Source: Sandaracinaceae bacterium (GTDB taxonomy: Bacteria > Myxococcota_A > Polyangia > Polyangiales > JADJQN01). From it: a stretch of 35,642 nucleotides of DNA. The position numbers and the translations under genes are program-made. The notes beneath the pieces are model-generated. The model made no database searches, had not been told where the DNA came from, and was given only the letters and a program-made list of their open reading frames with translations. The stretch spans positions 1-35,642 of the forward strand of contig CANKOL010000009.1 of NCBI GenBank assembly GCA_947483975.1, written 5' to 3'. Positions 27,901 through 35,216 of this stretch are shown here, piece by piece (the first letter of the stretch is position 1; each line of letters opens with the position of its first letter).

Positions 27901-29229
27901 CATCGGATTGAGCGAGAAGGCTTCGAGGTAGCGCTCGAAGGCGGTGTTCGGATCGCGGAGGCGCTCCTCGTAGAGCAAGCCCGCCTCACGCAGGAGCATC
28001 ACGCGCTCCGCGGGATCCTGGAGATGCTGGAGGCGCACCTCGTAGACGCCTGCGAGCTTCTTCGAGTCGTTGGCGCCCTCGTAGATCGGCGACAGCGCGA
28101 CGGCCGCGTCGTTGTTTTTCGGGTCGAGCTCGAGGACCTTCTCGTACGCCTTCGCAGCGCGGTCGAGCTTCTCCTTCTTCTCGGCCCAGAGACGCGCGAC
28201 GCGGAAGTAGAGAACGATCTTCTCGCTGTCGGGCGTCTCCTTGCTCTCCGTCTCACGCTCGAGCGTGCGGATGAGCTCGTCCCACTTGTCTTGCGTCGAG
28301 TAGAACTCCTCGAGGTCAGCCCACGCCTTGAGCGCGACGAAGCGCTTCTTGAGTTGCTCCTGCGCGCGCCGGTCGTTCGGGTCGAGCAGCAGCAGGCGCT
28401 TGAACGCGCTGACGGCGCCGACATCGTCGCCGAGCTTGTCAGCGTAGATCATGCCGAGATTGTTGAGCGCGGTGAGCAGCGCCTTCGAGTCGGTGATGCG
28501 CTCGCTCTGCTTCTCGAGCACCTGCGCGAGCGGGGCCCACTCGCGGGACTTCTGATAGAGGTCCGCGAGCGCGGTGAGCGCGTCCGGATTCTCCGGATCG
28601 AACTGGAGGACGGCCTTCCACAGGTCGATGCAGATCTCGGGCTTGCGGAGCTTTTCCGTCGCGAGCTGAGCGATCTCGATGTAGCGAAGCGCGCGGTCTT
28701 CCTCGTCCATGAGCTCGATCTCGAGCTTCATGACGTTGACCAGCTTCTCCCAATCGCGGCGCTTCTCGTACATCTCCTTCAGGCGCGTGATCGCCTCGAT
28801 GTTCACGGAGTCGAGCTCGATGACCGACTCGTAGGCCTTGATGGCCTCGGCCTGGTTCGAGGACTTCTCGAGGTACATCGAGCCGGCGAGCGCGAAGAGC
28901 GCGACCTTCTCCGCCGGGTCGCGATGAATCGCGGCCTTGGCGAGGATGGCCTTGATGACGTCGGACCAGCGCTTTTGCCCTTCGAACTTGGCGATTTGCT
29001 CGTCGAGTTCGGCGAGCTTCGCGAGTTCCCCGTCGGTCAACGGACGCAGATCGGCCCGCGGCGCCTCTGGAGCGCTGGCCGACGCTTCTGGAGCGCTGGC
29101 ACTCGCCTCTGGCTCGCTGGCGGTCGCCTCCGGAGCGGTAGCGGTCTCATCGACCGCGCCCTCATCAGTGGCGGTCTCGGCTGCGGACTCATCTACTTCG
29201 CCTACGCTGCTCACGTCATTCTCCGACAC
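18982..29229 (-). CDS. Giant cytoplasmic TPR protein (about 3,415 aa), AgmK/GltI-like
   Basis: Dozens of A..Y..VL..DP....A...L..LY....W..L repeats; GGAGG RBS 5 nt before GTG 29229; no signal peptide; C-terminal RAGFLICNDL...YFRLRESLGI domain. Confidence 0.9.
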   Translation of the reverse strand: MSENDVSSVGEVDESAAETATDEGAVDETATAPEATASEPEASASAPEASASAPEAPRADLRPLTDGELAKLAELDEQIAKFEGQKRWSDVIKAILAKAAIHRDPAEKVALFALAGSMYLEKSSNQAEAIKAYESVIELDSVNIEAITRLKEMYEKRRDWEKLVNVMKLEIELMDEEDRALRYIEIAQLATEKLRKPEICIDLWKAVLQFDPENPDALTALADLYQKSREWAPLAQVLEKQSERITDSKALLTALNNLGMIYADKLGDDVGAVSAFKRLLLLDPNDRRAQEQLKKRFVALKAWADLEEFYSTQDKWDELIRTLERETESKETPDSEKIVLYFRVARLWAEKKEKLDRAAKAYEKVLELDPKNNDAAVALSPIYEGANDSKKLAGVYEVRLQHLQDPAERVMLLREAGLLYEERLRDPNTAFERYLEAFSLNPMAEIVREDVERVAGGVDGWDRVISHYEAAVTRAASPDDAIDLRMSFGRVLASIGRIDDAIAQYKSVWEAESDHTAAMTALGELYRHTGKFRELHAVYTRRAELETDPDARKTLAYEMAALYENELQSPDEAIDAYRGILAEYGDDEGNAYRALDLLYAAQGRWADLAAALERRIDLNPADEQELASLKFRLARALEQHLEDKPRAVELYREILSLMPEHDGAREALEALLVDPALGASAAEILEPIYEIRGDAENLLRALEVLHAASDEPARKLELLTKIAEVCQSQIGDGNRAFDAYGRALTGAPASAETLEQLEHLAGVLERFPQLVALVSELASTVGAADPDLARALWVKAAQLNETNVGDVDAAVAAYGKVLDQDPGDLEVLAALDALYRRTERWRDLLGVLRRKVELSAEPTAQEELLEQMAQIHDQRLQEPANAISLYQEILGLDPMSQRALGALDGLFERQLMWSDLADNVGRQLTNAEDPEVKTALQLRLADLRETRMGAVDAAVEIYQQVLAGDPTNPAALAALERLVQQPEHQVVIAEILEPIYREQNEFPKLIGIHEIQVNHAASPDQRVELLHAIAELFEVAVDDLPSAFQSFARALAEDPSNATTQEQLERLARGTGDFEGLAHVYETQAERLLTAAEGEGASLATALLVKAAEVREEQLGDAATAIRHYQRVLEFDAAHLDAATALERLFAAAERYEELAKIYLVKARMLESPEEQKDYLFRCAAIYEELLERPTDAVAVYQQVLEVDGEDLRAMDKLIELYLKLGQWEPLLLVYSRKANVVSDPDEKKALLVEVGAVYERELGDSAKAIDTYQRILEIDPDDVTAIGRLDALYQASGNWQELLSVLEHGAELASDPSEVISCRYRIAELWHRHLGDATRAVEGYRDILEIVPDHEPTLLALEQMVTEGTEPLAAAGVLEPVYRAAGEWAKLIAVHEVQIAHEVDPIRKVELLHAVAELYETALDDAEHAFGAYARAVPIDNANETTLGSLERLADPLAKWVDVTRLYDLEVEKLGAANDAERLIETALRLAQIFEVQTGDVDAAIARYTIVLGADELHRSAVEALDRLYEATERWSDLAGILRREVQTADSPDDVLSFQFRLGEVLQTHLSDIDGAIEQFREILSAAPEHAPALGALEGLFADGARPLVIGEILEPLYRMSEAHDRLIGVHTVQLSYIADAAERLAMMHKIAEIAEERANDHQAALDWELRALLESPRDDHANAQVDRLAQILDQWPLVAQTLADVLESPTFASDKETRVFVGRRLAVLYEAQLGDVGKAEEAYRFVLGTDPGDGESLEALDRLYAENGAHEALAEVLRKRVALLEATDSKHPDLVELGYRLGQVYENELNRPQEAIAAYRRVLDKVDARHSEAITALAGVYTRLLDWPALFQTFERELEVVGGDSARSDVFAKMARLASDHIGNKEQAVGLWQKVLDLRGEDQEALNSLGDIYAGQEKWRDLVDILEREVNVVDDDETRVAIYSDLGRIWYEKLQKDRSALEAWERVLDLDPSSTTALFAVATIHRNAKQSSELVDALQRIIEVGAATLEDAVLEAVYRELGKIFETTLSQPTDAVDAYSKALELNAGNFDTLDALERIQSEQGNWEEAIAIKERRYEVLQDSDAKIAELLAIASAWDSQVSDKDRGTSAYQRVLDLSPLHDLAFQQLEELHRAAARWEDLNSLYFTRVEATEDERERVVLLRKIAEVYEKELDDRNNAFETLQIAWSSDYTDPVTSAELERVAGLTQRWAELLQSANEALPQVDDPQLKIAICLRCAKWYGTELKHPEYAIPYYQQILALDPANLPAMRQMADLYRQTQQWPTLAQVLTRLVEMTSDATEKMAVYVQMGELAENQLGVPDQAMDYYQKALEFDSAHLGALAALERIFSARQQWAELLQVLNRKLAALTDAVEQTDERLKIADVLEDRLQNPDEAIVIYRQVVELDPQNLTGLKGLERLYTLRERWQDLLGVLEAQYEVVQTEKERINILTRIAGMWEELFVKPEKAAERLEQVVDIDPSHEPSLRGLARLYRQLQRWDDLINTYERTVSSTSGRREKVELYEQIGGVYANEKNDPDRAIDAYLNLIALDENHIPALDALARLYDKRGDHAGSLDMMEQLSKRLSDPQQLVDLRFRMGKLYDERLGDRASAVDKYQSALDVEPGHLPSLEAMRKIHVDNGEWLSAAKVLEQETQYTQNARQVSKLLVELGEIYAQRLDEHERAIECFEAAQKQDPDNEDAAMPLVDDYVKTGEWAKAAPLLDMLVKRANKRPTAEAHNLWFAFGRTATELGDDERALKAFTNANALDPQHLPSLQGLAAVSYRMKDWDKAFKFYQMLLVHHKDALEKSDVTDTFYRLGVIKREQGERRKALNMFDKALEEDGHHRPTLEAVVGLHAGGNEWEQVIHFKKLILEVASEAEQFTLLDEIGDLWKDKLKNAQKAMQSYADASLLQPKNHVVLHKLLAIYQEQKMWDRAVEIIQRVADLDERPLAKAKYAYTVGVIIRDELKDAEKAVAKFDEALDLDPTQLKPFEAINKIWTTQKDWRQLERAFRKMIKRIVGKGNIDLEWNLWHNLGVIYRDRMQKLETAAEAFKMASSLKPDEHAGHQILAELYALIPARIQDAIDEHQYLLNQDPYRVDSYRALYKLYFDARAYDKAWCLASTLVFLKKADAEQTQFYEQYRNRGMIRPTSRLDNERFMKDLFHPEEDIYIGKMFEAVLPAVLAIKVQNDKQLGLVKKEQVDPATSTVTFAKTFGFVGQVLSLPVPRLFLKPASAGGLLHAPSDPVASVCGSTLLSGFNPQDLTFVVAHHLAFYRGEHYLMRLLPSQPELKLALVAGLRLVGLGAADPAVDQWAQMLQPRLSPTNLESLRKVAKLFVDAGGRGDVKKWMQSVELTACRAGFLICNDLEIAGRMIQSMPSAGPQDLPPKDKIKELVLFSVSEQYFRLRESLGIQINIG
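29063..29146 (-). repeat. Four imperfect 21-bp coding repeats (7 aa, [TS]A[TS]xPEA)
   Basis: Units begin at 29063, 29084, 29105 and 29126 (gcctctggagcgctggccgac, etc.). Confidence 0.75.
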
Positions 29230-29287
29230 GCAGTCCTCCATCGAACGCCGCTCAAAGATCGCGGATGTGAGAGAGAGCAGTCACGAC

Positions 29288-29315
29288 GCACGCACCGCAG
29301 GTCCGCGGTGCGCGC
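29288..29315 (-). other. Intergenic GC hairpin without U-tract between the two TPR genes
   Basis: GCACGCACCGC-AGGTCC-GCGGTGCGCGC: 11-bp stem with one G-U pair on the minus-strand transcript. Confidence 0.5.
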
Positions 29316-29322
29316 TCGAGGC

Positions 29323-30216
29323 TCAGTGACCTTCGATGATCTCGTTGAGCCGGTCTCGCGCCGCCTTCACGTAGTGAGCGGGAGCGTTTGCGCCGGCGAC
29401 ATCGACGTACTTCTTGAGGAAGCGACTCGCCTCCTCCTTGTTGCCCTGCTCGGCGTAGGTCCAGCCGAGCGAGAACAGCGCATCGGGCATTCCGGGGACG
29501 ATCGCAAGGGCGGCGCGGAATTCCCGAATCGCGTCCTCGGGCTTGTTCTGCTGTTGGTAGATGGAGCCGAGCAACGCGTGCGTCGTCGCGCTCTCCTCGG
29601 TGCCCTCGAGCGCTACCTGCTGAGCCGCCTGCAGGACCTGGACCGCCTGGTCGAGGTAGCCGAGGTCGGCGTAGAGGCGACCGAGCGCGGAGTACGCCTC
29701 GAGGAAGCGCGGCCCCTTCTGGATCGCCTCGGTGTAGCGGCGCAGCGCCGCCTGGACGTTCGTCGTCCCGTCCTCAGCGATGGCGAGCTCCTCGTGGACG
29801 CGCGCGAGCTTGTAGTAGCCCTTGAACAGCGTCGGATCGATCTGCACGGCCTTCTCGAGTGCCTGCTGGGCGCCGCTCCAGTCGTCGAGCTCGATGAGGA
29901 CCTCACCGAGCTTGAACTGATAGCCCGCGGCCTCCGGCGCGAGCGCGATGGCCTTCTGCAGGTCGTCGCGTGCTGGCTCGTATTTCTGCATCTCCATGTG
30001 GACGATGGCTAGATTCCAGAAGGCCTCGTGGTTGCTCGGGTCGATGGCGCTCGATCGTTCGAGCGCCTCGATGGCGGCCACGTACTGCCTCTGCTGGGCG
30101 TAGATCACGCCCTCGTTCATCTTGTTCATCGACTCCACATGTTCGCGCGAGCATGAGCCGCCCGTAAGCACGAGGAACGACAGCGTGGCGACACAGAGCG
30201 CCGTGAGCCGATTCAT
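29323..30216 (-). CDS. TPR-repeat lipoprotein (297 aa)
   Basis: MNRLTALCVATLSFLVLTGGS|C lipobox-like signal; about 7 TPR units; GGAGGGAG RBS. Confidence 0.88.
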   Translation of the reverse strand: MNRLTALCVATLSFLVLTGGSCSREHVESMNKMNEGVIYAQQRQYVAAIEALERSSAIDPSNHEAFWNLAIVHMEMQKYEPARDDLQKAIALAPEAAGYQFKLGEVLIELDDWSGAQQALEKAVQIDPTLFKGYYKLARVHEELAIAEDGTTNVQAALRRYTEAIQKGPRFLEAYSALGRLYADLGYLDQAVQVLQAAQQVALEGTEESATTHALLGSIYQQQNKPEDAIREFRAALAIVPGMPDALFSLGWTYAEQGNKEEASRFLKKYVDVAGANAPAHYVKAARDRLNEIIEGH

Positions 30217-30259
30217 CTTTACGCTCTCCCTCCGGACCGTTGGGCGTTCCGGCGGGTGG

Positions 30260-30289
30260 ATACTACGTGAGCCCACCCCGCCGCCTCAA
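30260..30289 (-). promoter_or_regulatory. Sigma70-type promoter of the TPR operon
   Basis: Minus strand TTGAGG-N18-TAGTAT, 43 nt before the ATG. Confidence 0.5.
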
Positions 30290-30457
30290 CAGCGAACTGA
30301 GGGAAACGCCCGAACGTGTCCGACGCGGTCGAAACGCTCCCGCGTATGTGTAGGTTGCGGCCCACCTCGATTCGCTGATACTTACCCACCGCGTTTTCAT
30401 CTCCGCCGCGTCGCGAGACCGTTTCGCTCACGTGACCGTCCATCGCCGAGGTCTGTC

Positions 30458-31375
30458 ATGCCCCGCGCTTCAGTCATCTTCCTGCTCGCAGTGCTCGCGT
30501 CCACGCCGTCTTTCGCGAGCGCGCAGCGTCGCCGTCCCCCCCGCCCTCCTGCTGCCCCTGCGGGCGAATCCGTCGCGGCGGCGCCAACGCTCGCCGACAT
30601 GACGACCATCGTGCCGAAGCTCCAAAGCGCGAGCGCGGACGAGGTTCGCGAGGCGATTGACTTGCTGACGGTCATCGACCGCCCGGAGGTCGTGCCGCCG
30701 CTCGCCGCGCTGCTCCGCTCCGGTCAACCAGATGCCATCACGGACCGCACGCTCGAGGCTCTCGGTGGCCTGGCGCAGGCGAGCGCCGTCGATGTGCTGG
30801 TCGAATTCACGCATCATCGGCGCGAGGGCGCGAGGCGACGCGCCTATCAGTCGCTCGCGTCCATCCAAGATCCGCGCGTGCCGCGCCTGCTCGAGATCGG
30901 GCTGCGCGATAGCGATCGCGCGGTCCGCGGGGCGGCGGCGCTCGCGCTTGGGGACATCGGCGCCCGCGCCAGCGTCGACACGCTCTTCATCGCGTTCGAG
31001 CGCGGCGTGATCGAGGCGGCCATCGCGATCGGCAAGCTCGGCGATGCGGCGGCGGTCAACAAATTCTCGGAGTCCATCGGGCGCCGCCCGCTCTCGGTGA
31101 TGCTGTCTGGCTTCGAGCAGTTCGTGCGCCGGCGCGACGTCACCGACGAGGTGAAGCTACAAATCGTGCAGCGCCTCGGGGAGATTGCCGGTCCGCTCGT
31201 GAAGTCGTTCCTGCGCGACTACCTCGGGACCTTCTCGCAGCGTGACCGGAGCAGCCTCAAGCGCGCGGTCGAGGAGAACATTCGCCGCATTCCGGACGCT
31301 CCGGCAGCGGCTCCGCCTGCGGTCGCGCCTATCGCGCCCACCGCTCCGACCGCTCCGGCAGGAGGCGCCCAGTGA
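30458..31375 (+). CDS. Exported HEAT-repeat protein (305 aa)
   Basis: Signal MPRASVIFLLAVLASTPSFASA; HEAT units such as LRDSDRAVRGAAALALGDIG; GAGG RBS. Confidence 0.82.
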   Translation: MPRASVIFLLAVLASTPSFASAQRRRPPRPPAAPAGESVAAAPTLADMTTIVPKLQSASADEVREAIDLLTVIDRPEVVPPLAALLRSGQPDAITDRTLEALGGLAQASAVDVLVEFTHHRREGARRRAYQSLASIQDPRVPRLLEIGLRDSDRAVRGAAALALGDIGARASVDTLFIAFERGVIEAAIAIGKLGDAAAVNKFSESIGRRPLSVMLSGFEQFVRRRDVTDEVKLQIVQRLGEIAGPLVKSFLRDYLGTFSQRDRSSLKRAVEENIRRIPDAPAAAPPAVAPIAPTAPTAPAGGAQ

Positions 31376-34164
31376 ACCGCAGCATCGTCCGCTCGTCCGC
31401 ACGCATCACGCTGGGCGTCGGCTCTCTCTCGCTCGCGGCGCTCGTCGCGGGCTGCGCATCGCTCGGTCAAACGAGCGCCTTCAACGCGCGCTTCGCCGAC
31501 AACCAGGCGATCGCGACGCAGGCGATCGTCGCGCGACTTCCGGACGCCTCCGCTTCCGCTCGGCCGACCAACTCCACGGGCGCGCCGCTGGTGGTCGCGA
31601 CGACCCACGGCCAAGACCGTCACGTGCTCGCTTACGACGTCGCTGCGGGACGCACCGTTTGGTCGGTGCCCCTCGACGCGATGACTCGCCCGGAGATCCT
31701 CGGCGACGTCGTCCTCACGAGCGTCAGGTCGGGGACCGGGGCGACCTCCCGCGAGGAGGTTGTCGCGCTCGACCTCGCTGACGGTCACACGCTCTGGACC
31801 GCGGACACGCACGAGCTCGCGTACGTCGGAGGCGCGCGCGAAGGCGACGTCGTCGCCATCGTCGAGAACGTCGGCGCGCAGGGCGGAGCGCGACGGACCG
31901 GGCATCTGCACGCGGTCGCACCGCGCACGGGGCGCGTGATCTGGGAGTACGAGATCCAAGGCGTGCTCGGTCGCCCGGCGATGGCGGGCGGCTATGTGTT
32001 CGTGCCTTGGGACCGACAGAACATCGCGATTCTCGACGCGCGGACCGGCCTCGAGAAGGCCCGCCTCCGCTCGACCGACGACGTGATCGACTGGATCGAG
32101 GCGCGCCCGGAAGGCGTCTTCTACGGCAGCAAGGGCACCTACCGCCTCGACAGCCGCTCAGCGAGCGGCACCAAGGCGAACTCGACGTTCCTCGCGCCGC
32201 TGCTCGCCACGGCTCCAGGCGAGCCGCTCCTGCACGCGGACGCCTTCGTGCCGTCGCCCGGCACGCGCACGGCGCGCGGGCGAATCCGGCTGCAAGCGGC
32301 GCTCGCTCAGACGCCGATGGGGCAGCCGATCGCGGTCGCCGGCGATGTCGTCTACTACGTGTATTTCCGATATGTCATGGCCTTCGGCGTCGACGGGACG
32401 CCTCGCTGGGCGCGCATCCTCGACGAGGACGTGATCGGCGCAGACTCCGGCGCTGCCGGTCTCTTCACCGTCGGTGAAAAGGGCGCGACGCACCTGCTCG
32501 ACGCCGCGACGGGTAACGACCGCTGGACGGGCACGATCGGCGCCGAGCTCGCCGCGGTGACGCTCGACGTCGCAGGCTTCGCCCCGACGGGTGAGGCGGG
32601 CGCCGCGCGGGATCTGAAGACTTCGCTGACCGAGGTCGCGCTCGACCCCGACAATCGCCTCGTGCCTGCGCGCGCGTTCGCGATTCAACTGCTCGCGGCC
32701 AACCCCGACCCGACCGTCACGCGCGAGCTCCTCGACATGTACAGCCAGCGCGGGATGCCGGGAGCGCTCCGCGAGGCCATCGGCGCTGCCTTGCGGACAC
32801 GCCGGACGGGCGCGGAGTTCCTCGTCGCTGGGCTTGAGCGCCACTACGATTTCCTCGAGGGAACCGAGGCTCCGCCGCTTCAGGTGATCGTCCCCGCGCT
32901 CGTCGAAGCGCAGGACCACGGCGCCGTCGAGGCGCTCGTCGGGCAGATGATGGACCACGAGACACCGGCGACCGTGCTCCCGACCGTCGTTCAGGCGATT
33001 GTGCAGCTCGGTGATGCGAACGTCGTCCCGGCGCTGCGCGCGTTCCTGGTGCTCTACCACGCGGACAGCGCCTTCCGCGCGCCGGCGGACGCCACCTGCG
33101 CGCCCGCGACGCCCAACGCGTGCGCGATGCAGTCCCTCGGACTCGCCGCGGAGGGCATCTTCAAGCTCGGCGGCGCAGAGGGCCGCGACGTGCTGACCAA
33201 GCTCGCCGCGGATGGGCGCACGCACGAGCCACTCGCTGCGGTGATGCGCGGCTTCTTCGAGAACGAGCAGCGCGTGGCTGAGGCCGCAGCGCGCGCAGAG
33301 GCCGAAGTGCAGCAGCACGCGGCGGAGGACGCTGCGCGGCAGGTGGAGGCCGCTCTGCCGAATCGCCTGTCGCAGGAGCAGGTGAACTTGGCCTTTGCCG
33401 AGCACACGGACGCGCTCCGCGGCTGCGTGATGGAGGAGTTGGGGCGCAATCCTCGGCTCGCGCAGGTGCGCTTCGTCTTCATCATGAACAACGACGGCAC
33501 CGGGCGCGACTTCAGCTACGCACCCAACACCCCGGAGTTCGTCGCGTGCCTCCAGCCGAAGGTCGTCGCGATCGCTTTCCCGCGCTTCCGACAGGTTCGG
33601 CAGCGTGGAGAGTTCGTGATCTCGGTGCGCGGAGGACGCCCGCAGGCCGAGGCCGCTGGCCCCGACGGCAACGGGGGGGCGGCTACGGCGGCCCTACCCG
33701 CCGATGCCCCGTGGTGGCAGCACGCCCGCGCGCGCGCTGGCGCCGCCGCGAACGCCGAAGTGACCACGGCGCTCCCCTGGTGGGTGCGGCGTCCGGCTCC
33801 GGCCCCCGTCGTCGAACAGCCCGTCACGCCGGTTCAGCCCACGCAACCGACGCAGCCGACGCAGCCGACCCAGCCCACCCAGCCGACCGGCGCAGACCGT
33901 CCTTGGTGGCTGCAGCCGGGCGCGCAGGCTCCTGGGACTCAGCCGCCTGCTACCCAGCCAAACCCGCCCGCGAATCCGCCCGCGAATCCGCCCGCGAATC
34001 CGCCCGCGAATCCGCCCGCGAATCCCCCTGCGAATCCCCCTGCGAATCCGCCCCCGAATCCGCCCGCGAATCCGCCTGCAAACCCGCCCGCGAATCCGCC
34101 CGCGCCTGTCCCGCCCGTCGCTCCGGCTCCGCCGGCGACGCCGTGGTGGCTTCCGCAGACCTGA
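31372..34164 (+). CDS. Lipoprotein: PQQ-type beta-propeller, helical region, coiled coil, AgmX/PglI-type TonB_C-like domain, Pro-rich tail
   Basis: LVAG|C lipobox; AYDVAAGRTVW, ALDLADGHTLW, AVAPRTGRVIW and LLDAATGNDRW blades; LSQEQV...ALRGC...VRFVF...ACL......FPRF; GTGA overlap with the HEAT gene. Confidence 0.82.
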   Translation: MNRSIVRSSARITLGVGSLSLAALVAGCASLGQTSAFNARFADNQAIATQAIVARLPDASASARPTNSTGAPLVVATTHGQDRHVLAYDVAAGRTVWSVPLDAMTRPEILGDVVLTSVRSGTGATSREEVVALDLADGHTLWTADTHELAYVGGAREGDVVAIVENVGAQGGARRTGHLHAVAPRTGRVIWEYEIQGVLGRPAMAGGYVFVPWDRQNIAILDARTGLEKARLRSTDDVIDWIEARPEGVFYGSKGTYRLDSRSASGTKANSTFLAPLLATAPGEPLLHADAFVPSPGTRTARGRIRLQAALAQTPMGQPIAVAGDVVYYVYFRYVMAFGVDGTPRWARILDEDVIGADSGAAGLFTVGEKGATHLLDAATGNDRWTGTIGAELAAVTLDVAGFAPTGEAGAARDLKTSLTEVALDPDNRLVPARAFAIQLLAANPDPTVTRELLDMYSQRGMPGALREAIGAALRTRRTGAEFLVAGLERHYDFLEGTEAPPLQVIVPALVEAQDHGAVEALVGQMMDHETPATVLPTVVQAIVQLGDANVVPALRAFLVLYHADSAFRAPADATCAPATPNACAMQSLGLAAEGIFKLGGAEGRDVLTKLAADGRTHEPLAAVMRGFFENEQRVAEAAARAEAEVQQHAAEDAARQVEAALPNRLSQEQVNLAFAEHTDALRGCVMEELGRNPRLAQVRFVFIMNNDGTGRDFSYAPNTPEFVACLQPKVVAIAFPRFRQVRQRGEFVISVRGGRPQAEAAGPDGNGGAATAALPADAPWWQHARARAGAAANAEVTTALPWWVRRPAPAPVVEQPVTPVQPTQPTQPTQPTQPTQPTGADRPWWLQPGAQAPGTQPPATQPNPPANPPANPPANPPANPPANPPANPPANPPPNPPANPPANPPANPPAPVPPVAPAPPATPWWLPQT
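33835..33888 (+). repeat. Six 9-bp repeats encoding (QPT)6
   Basis: CAGCCCACG CAACCGACG CAGCCGACG CAGCCGACC CAGCCCACC CAGCCGACC. Confidence 0.9.
33961..34104 (+). repeat. Twelve 12-bp repeats encoding (NPPA)12, one unit NPPP
   Basis: Consensus AATCCGCCCGCG. Confidence 0.95.
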
Positions 34165-34211
34165 ACGGTCGCGCACGGCTCACCTCCGCAGGGCGGTGGG
34201 CCGTGGCGTCG

Positions 34212-35165
34212 TCAGGCAGAGCGGGCGATGCGTTCGGCGGCGCGTGCGAGAGCGCCGACAACCTCGCTCGAGGCGTTGCGCAGAGCGGTGGGCACCTCGG
34301 GACCGAAGCGGTCGGGATGGAGCGCTCCGGCAAAGCGCCGCAGCGAGCGCCGCGCCGCTGCCCCGTCCGCGTGTTCGTCGAGTTCGAGGAGCGTCCCGGC
34401 GTCGGCCGCGCGGCGGAGCTCGCGCGTCTTGCGAAGAAGCAGCGTGTAGGTGTCCGAAGTCGCGCCCGGAGAGGCGGCCGCCCGTAGATAGCGCAGCGCC
34501 GCGAGAAGTCTGAGCGCGCGCGGCGAACCACGGGCGATCGACAGCAGCGCGTCGACCGCCGCCCCGGCGCGGAGAGTCGGCACCATGGCCGCCTCGTCGG
34601 GCCAAAGCGCGGCGTGCTCGAGGAGCGCCTCACCGAGCGGGGTGAGCACGAGCAGGCCGTCGCCGAGGAACCGACGCAGCCCGAGCAGAGGCTCCTGCGC
34701 GAGCGCGTCCCGCATCGCCGAAAGGACGAGATCCGCCGCGCGCACGGCGTCGGGCACGACGGGGACGCCGACGTCGGGCGCGCCCGCCGCGAAGCGATAC
34801 TCGACCGAGTCCCACCGAAACAACGCCCGCACGCGCTCGCGCAGTTGCTCGCGGAGCGCGTGTGCGACCGCTTCGGGTCGCGCCGAACCGCTCTCGACCA
34901 GCCAGCGACCGACCGGCCCCGGAGGCGGCCCCGCCTGCAGCGCCTCAGCGTGGGCGCGGACGTCGAGCCCGCCGCTGCGCGCGAGACGATCGCCGAGCGA
35001 ACCGCCTTGCGCAACCGCGCCTTCGAGCGCTCGCGGGGTGCCGTCGATGATCGCGAGGCGCGCTTCGCCTGGGACACCGCGAACGTGCAGCACTCCCGTC
35101 GCGTGAGAGCGTTCCAGCGCGAGGAGCGCGGTGGCGAGCGACGTCGCGGCCGGGAGCCGGTCCAT
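34212..35165 (-). CDS. DUF4388 (PATAN-like) domain protein with degenerate C-terminal J-domain
   Basis: ATGVLHV...LGDRLARSG...GRWLVESG...ALREQLRERVRALFRW..VEYRF; C-terminal ARRSLRRFAGALHPDRF. Confidence 0.72.
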   Translation of the reverse strand: MDRLPAATSLATALLALERSHATGVLHVRGVPGEARLAIIDGTPRALEGAVAQGGSLGDRLARSGGLDVRAHAEALQAGPPPGPVGRWLVESGSARPEAVAHALREQLRERVRALFRWDSVEYRFAAGAPDVGVPVVPDAVRAADLVLSAMRDALAQEPLLGLRRFLGDGLLVLTPLGEALLEHAALWPDEAAMVPTLRAGAAVDALLSIARGSPRALRLLAALRYLRAAASPGATSDTYTLLLRKTRELRRAADAGTLLELDEHADGAAARRSLRRFAGALHPDRFGPEVPTALRNASSEVVGALARAAERIARSA

Positions 35166-35216
35166 GCACTCGCCCTACCGGAGCGCCACGAGAAAGTGAA
35201 ATAACTGGCGAGGGCT

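Noticed and set aside
21526..30012. Plus-strand ORFs of 1267, 259 and 1132 aa
   Set aside because: Antisense shadows of the TPR genes, expected from high-GC codon bias.
33835..34104. Tandem repeats as a CRISPR array or phase-variation tract
   Set aside because: No spacers; unit lengths are multiples of 3 with synonymous variation, so they are coding repeats.
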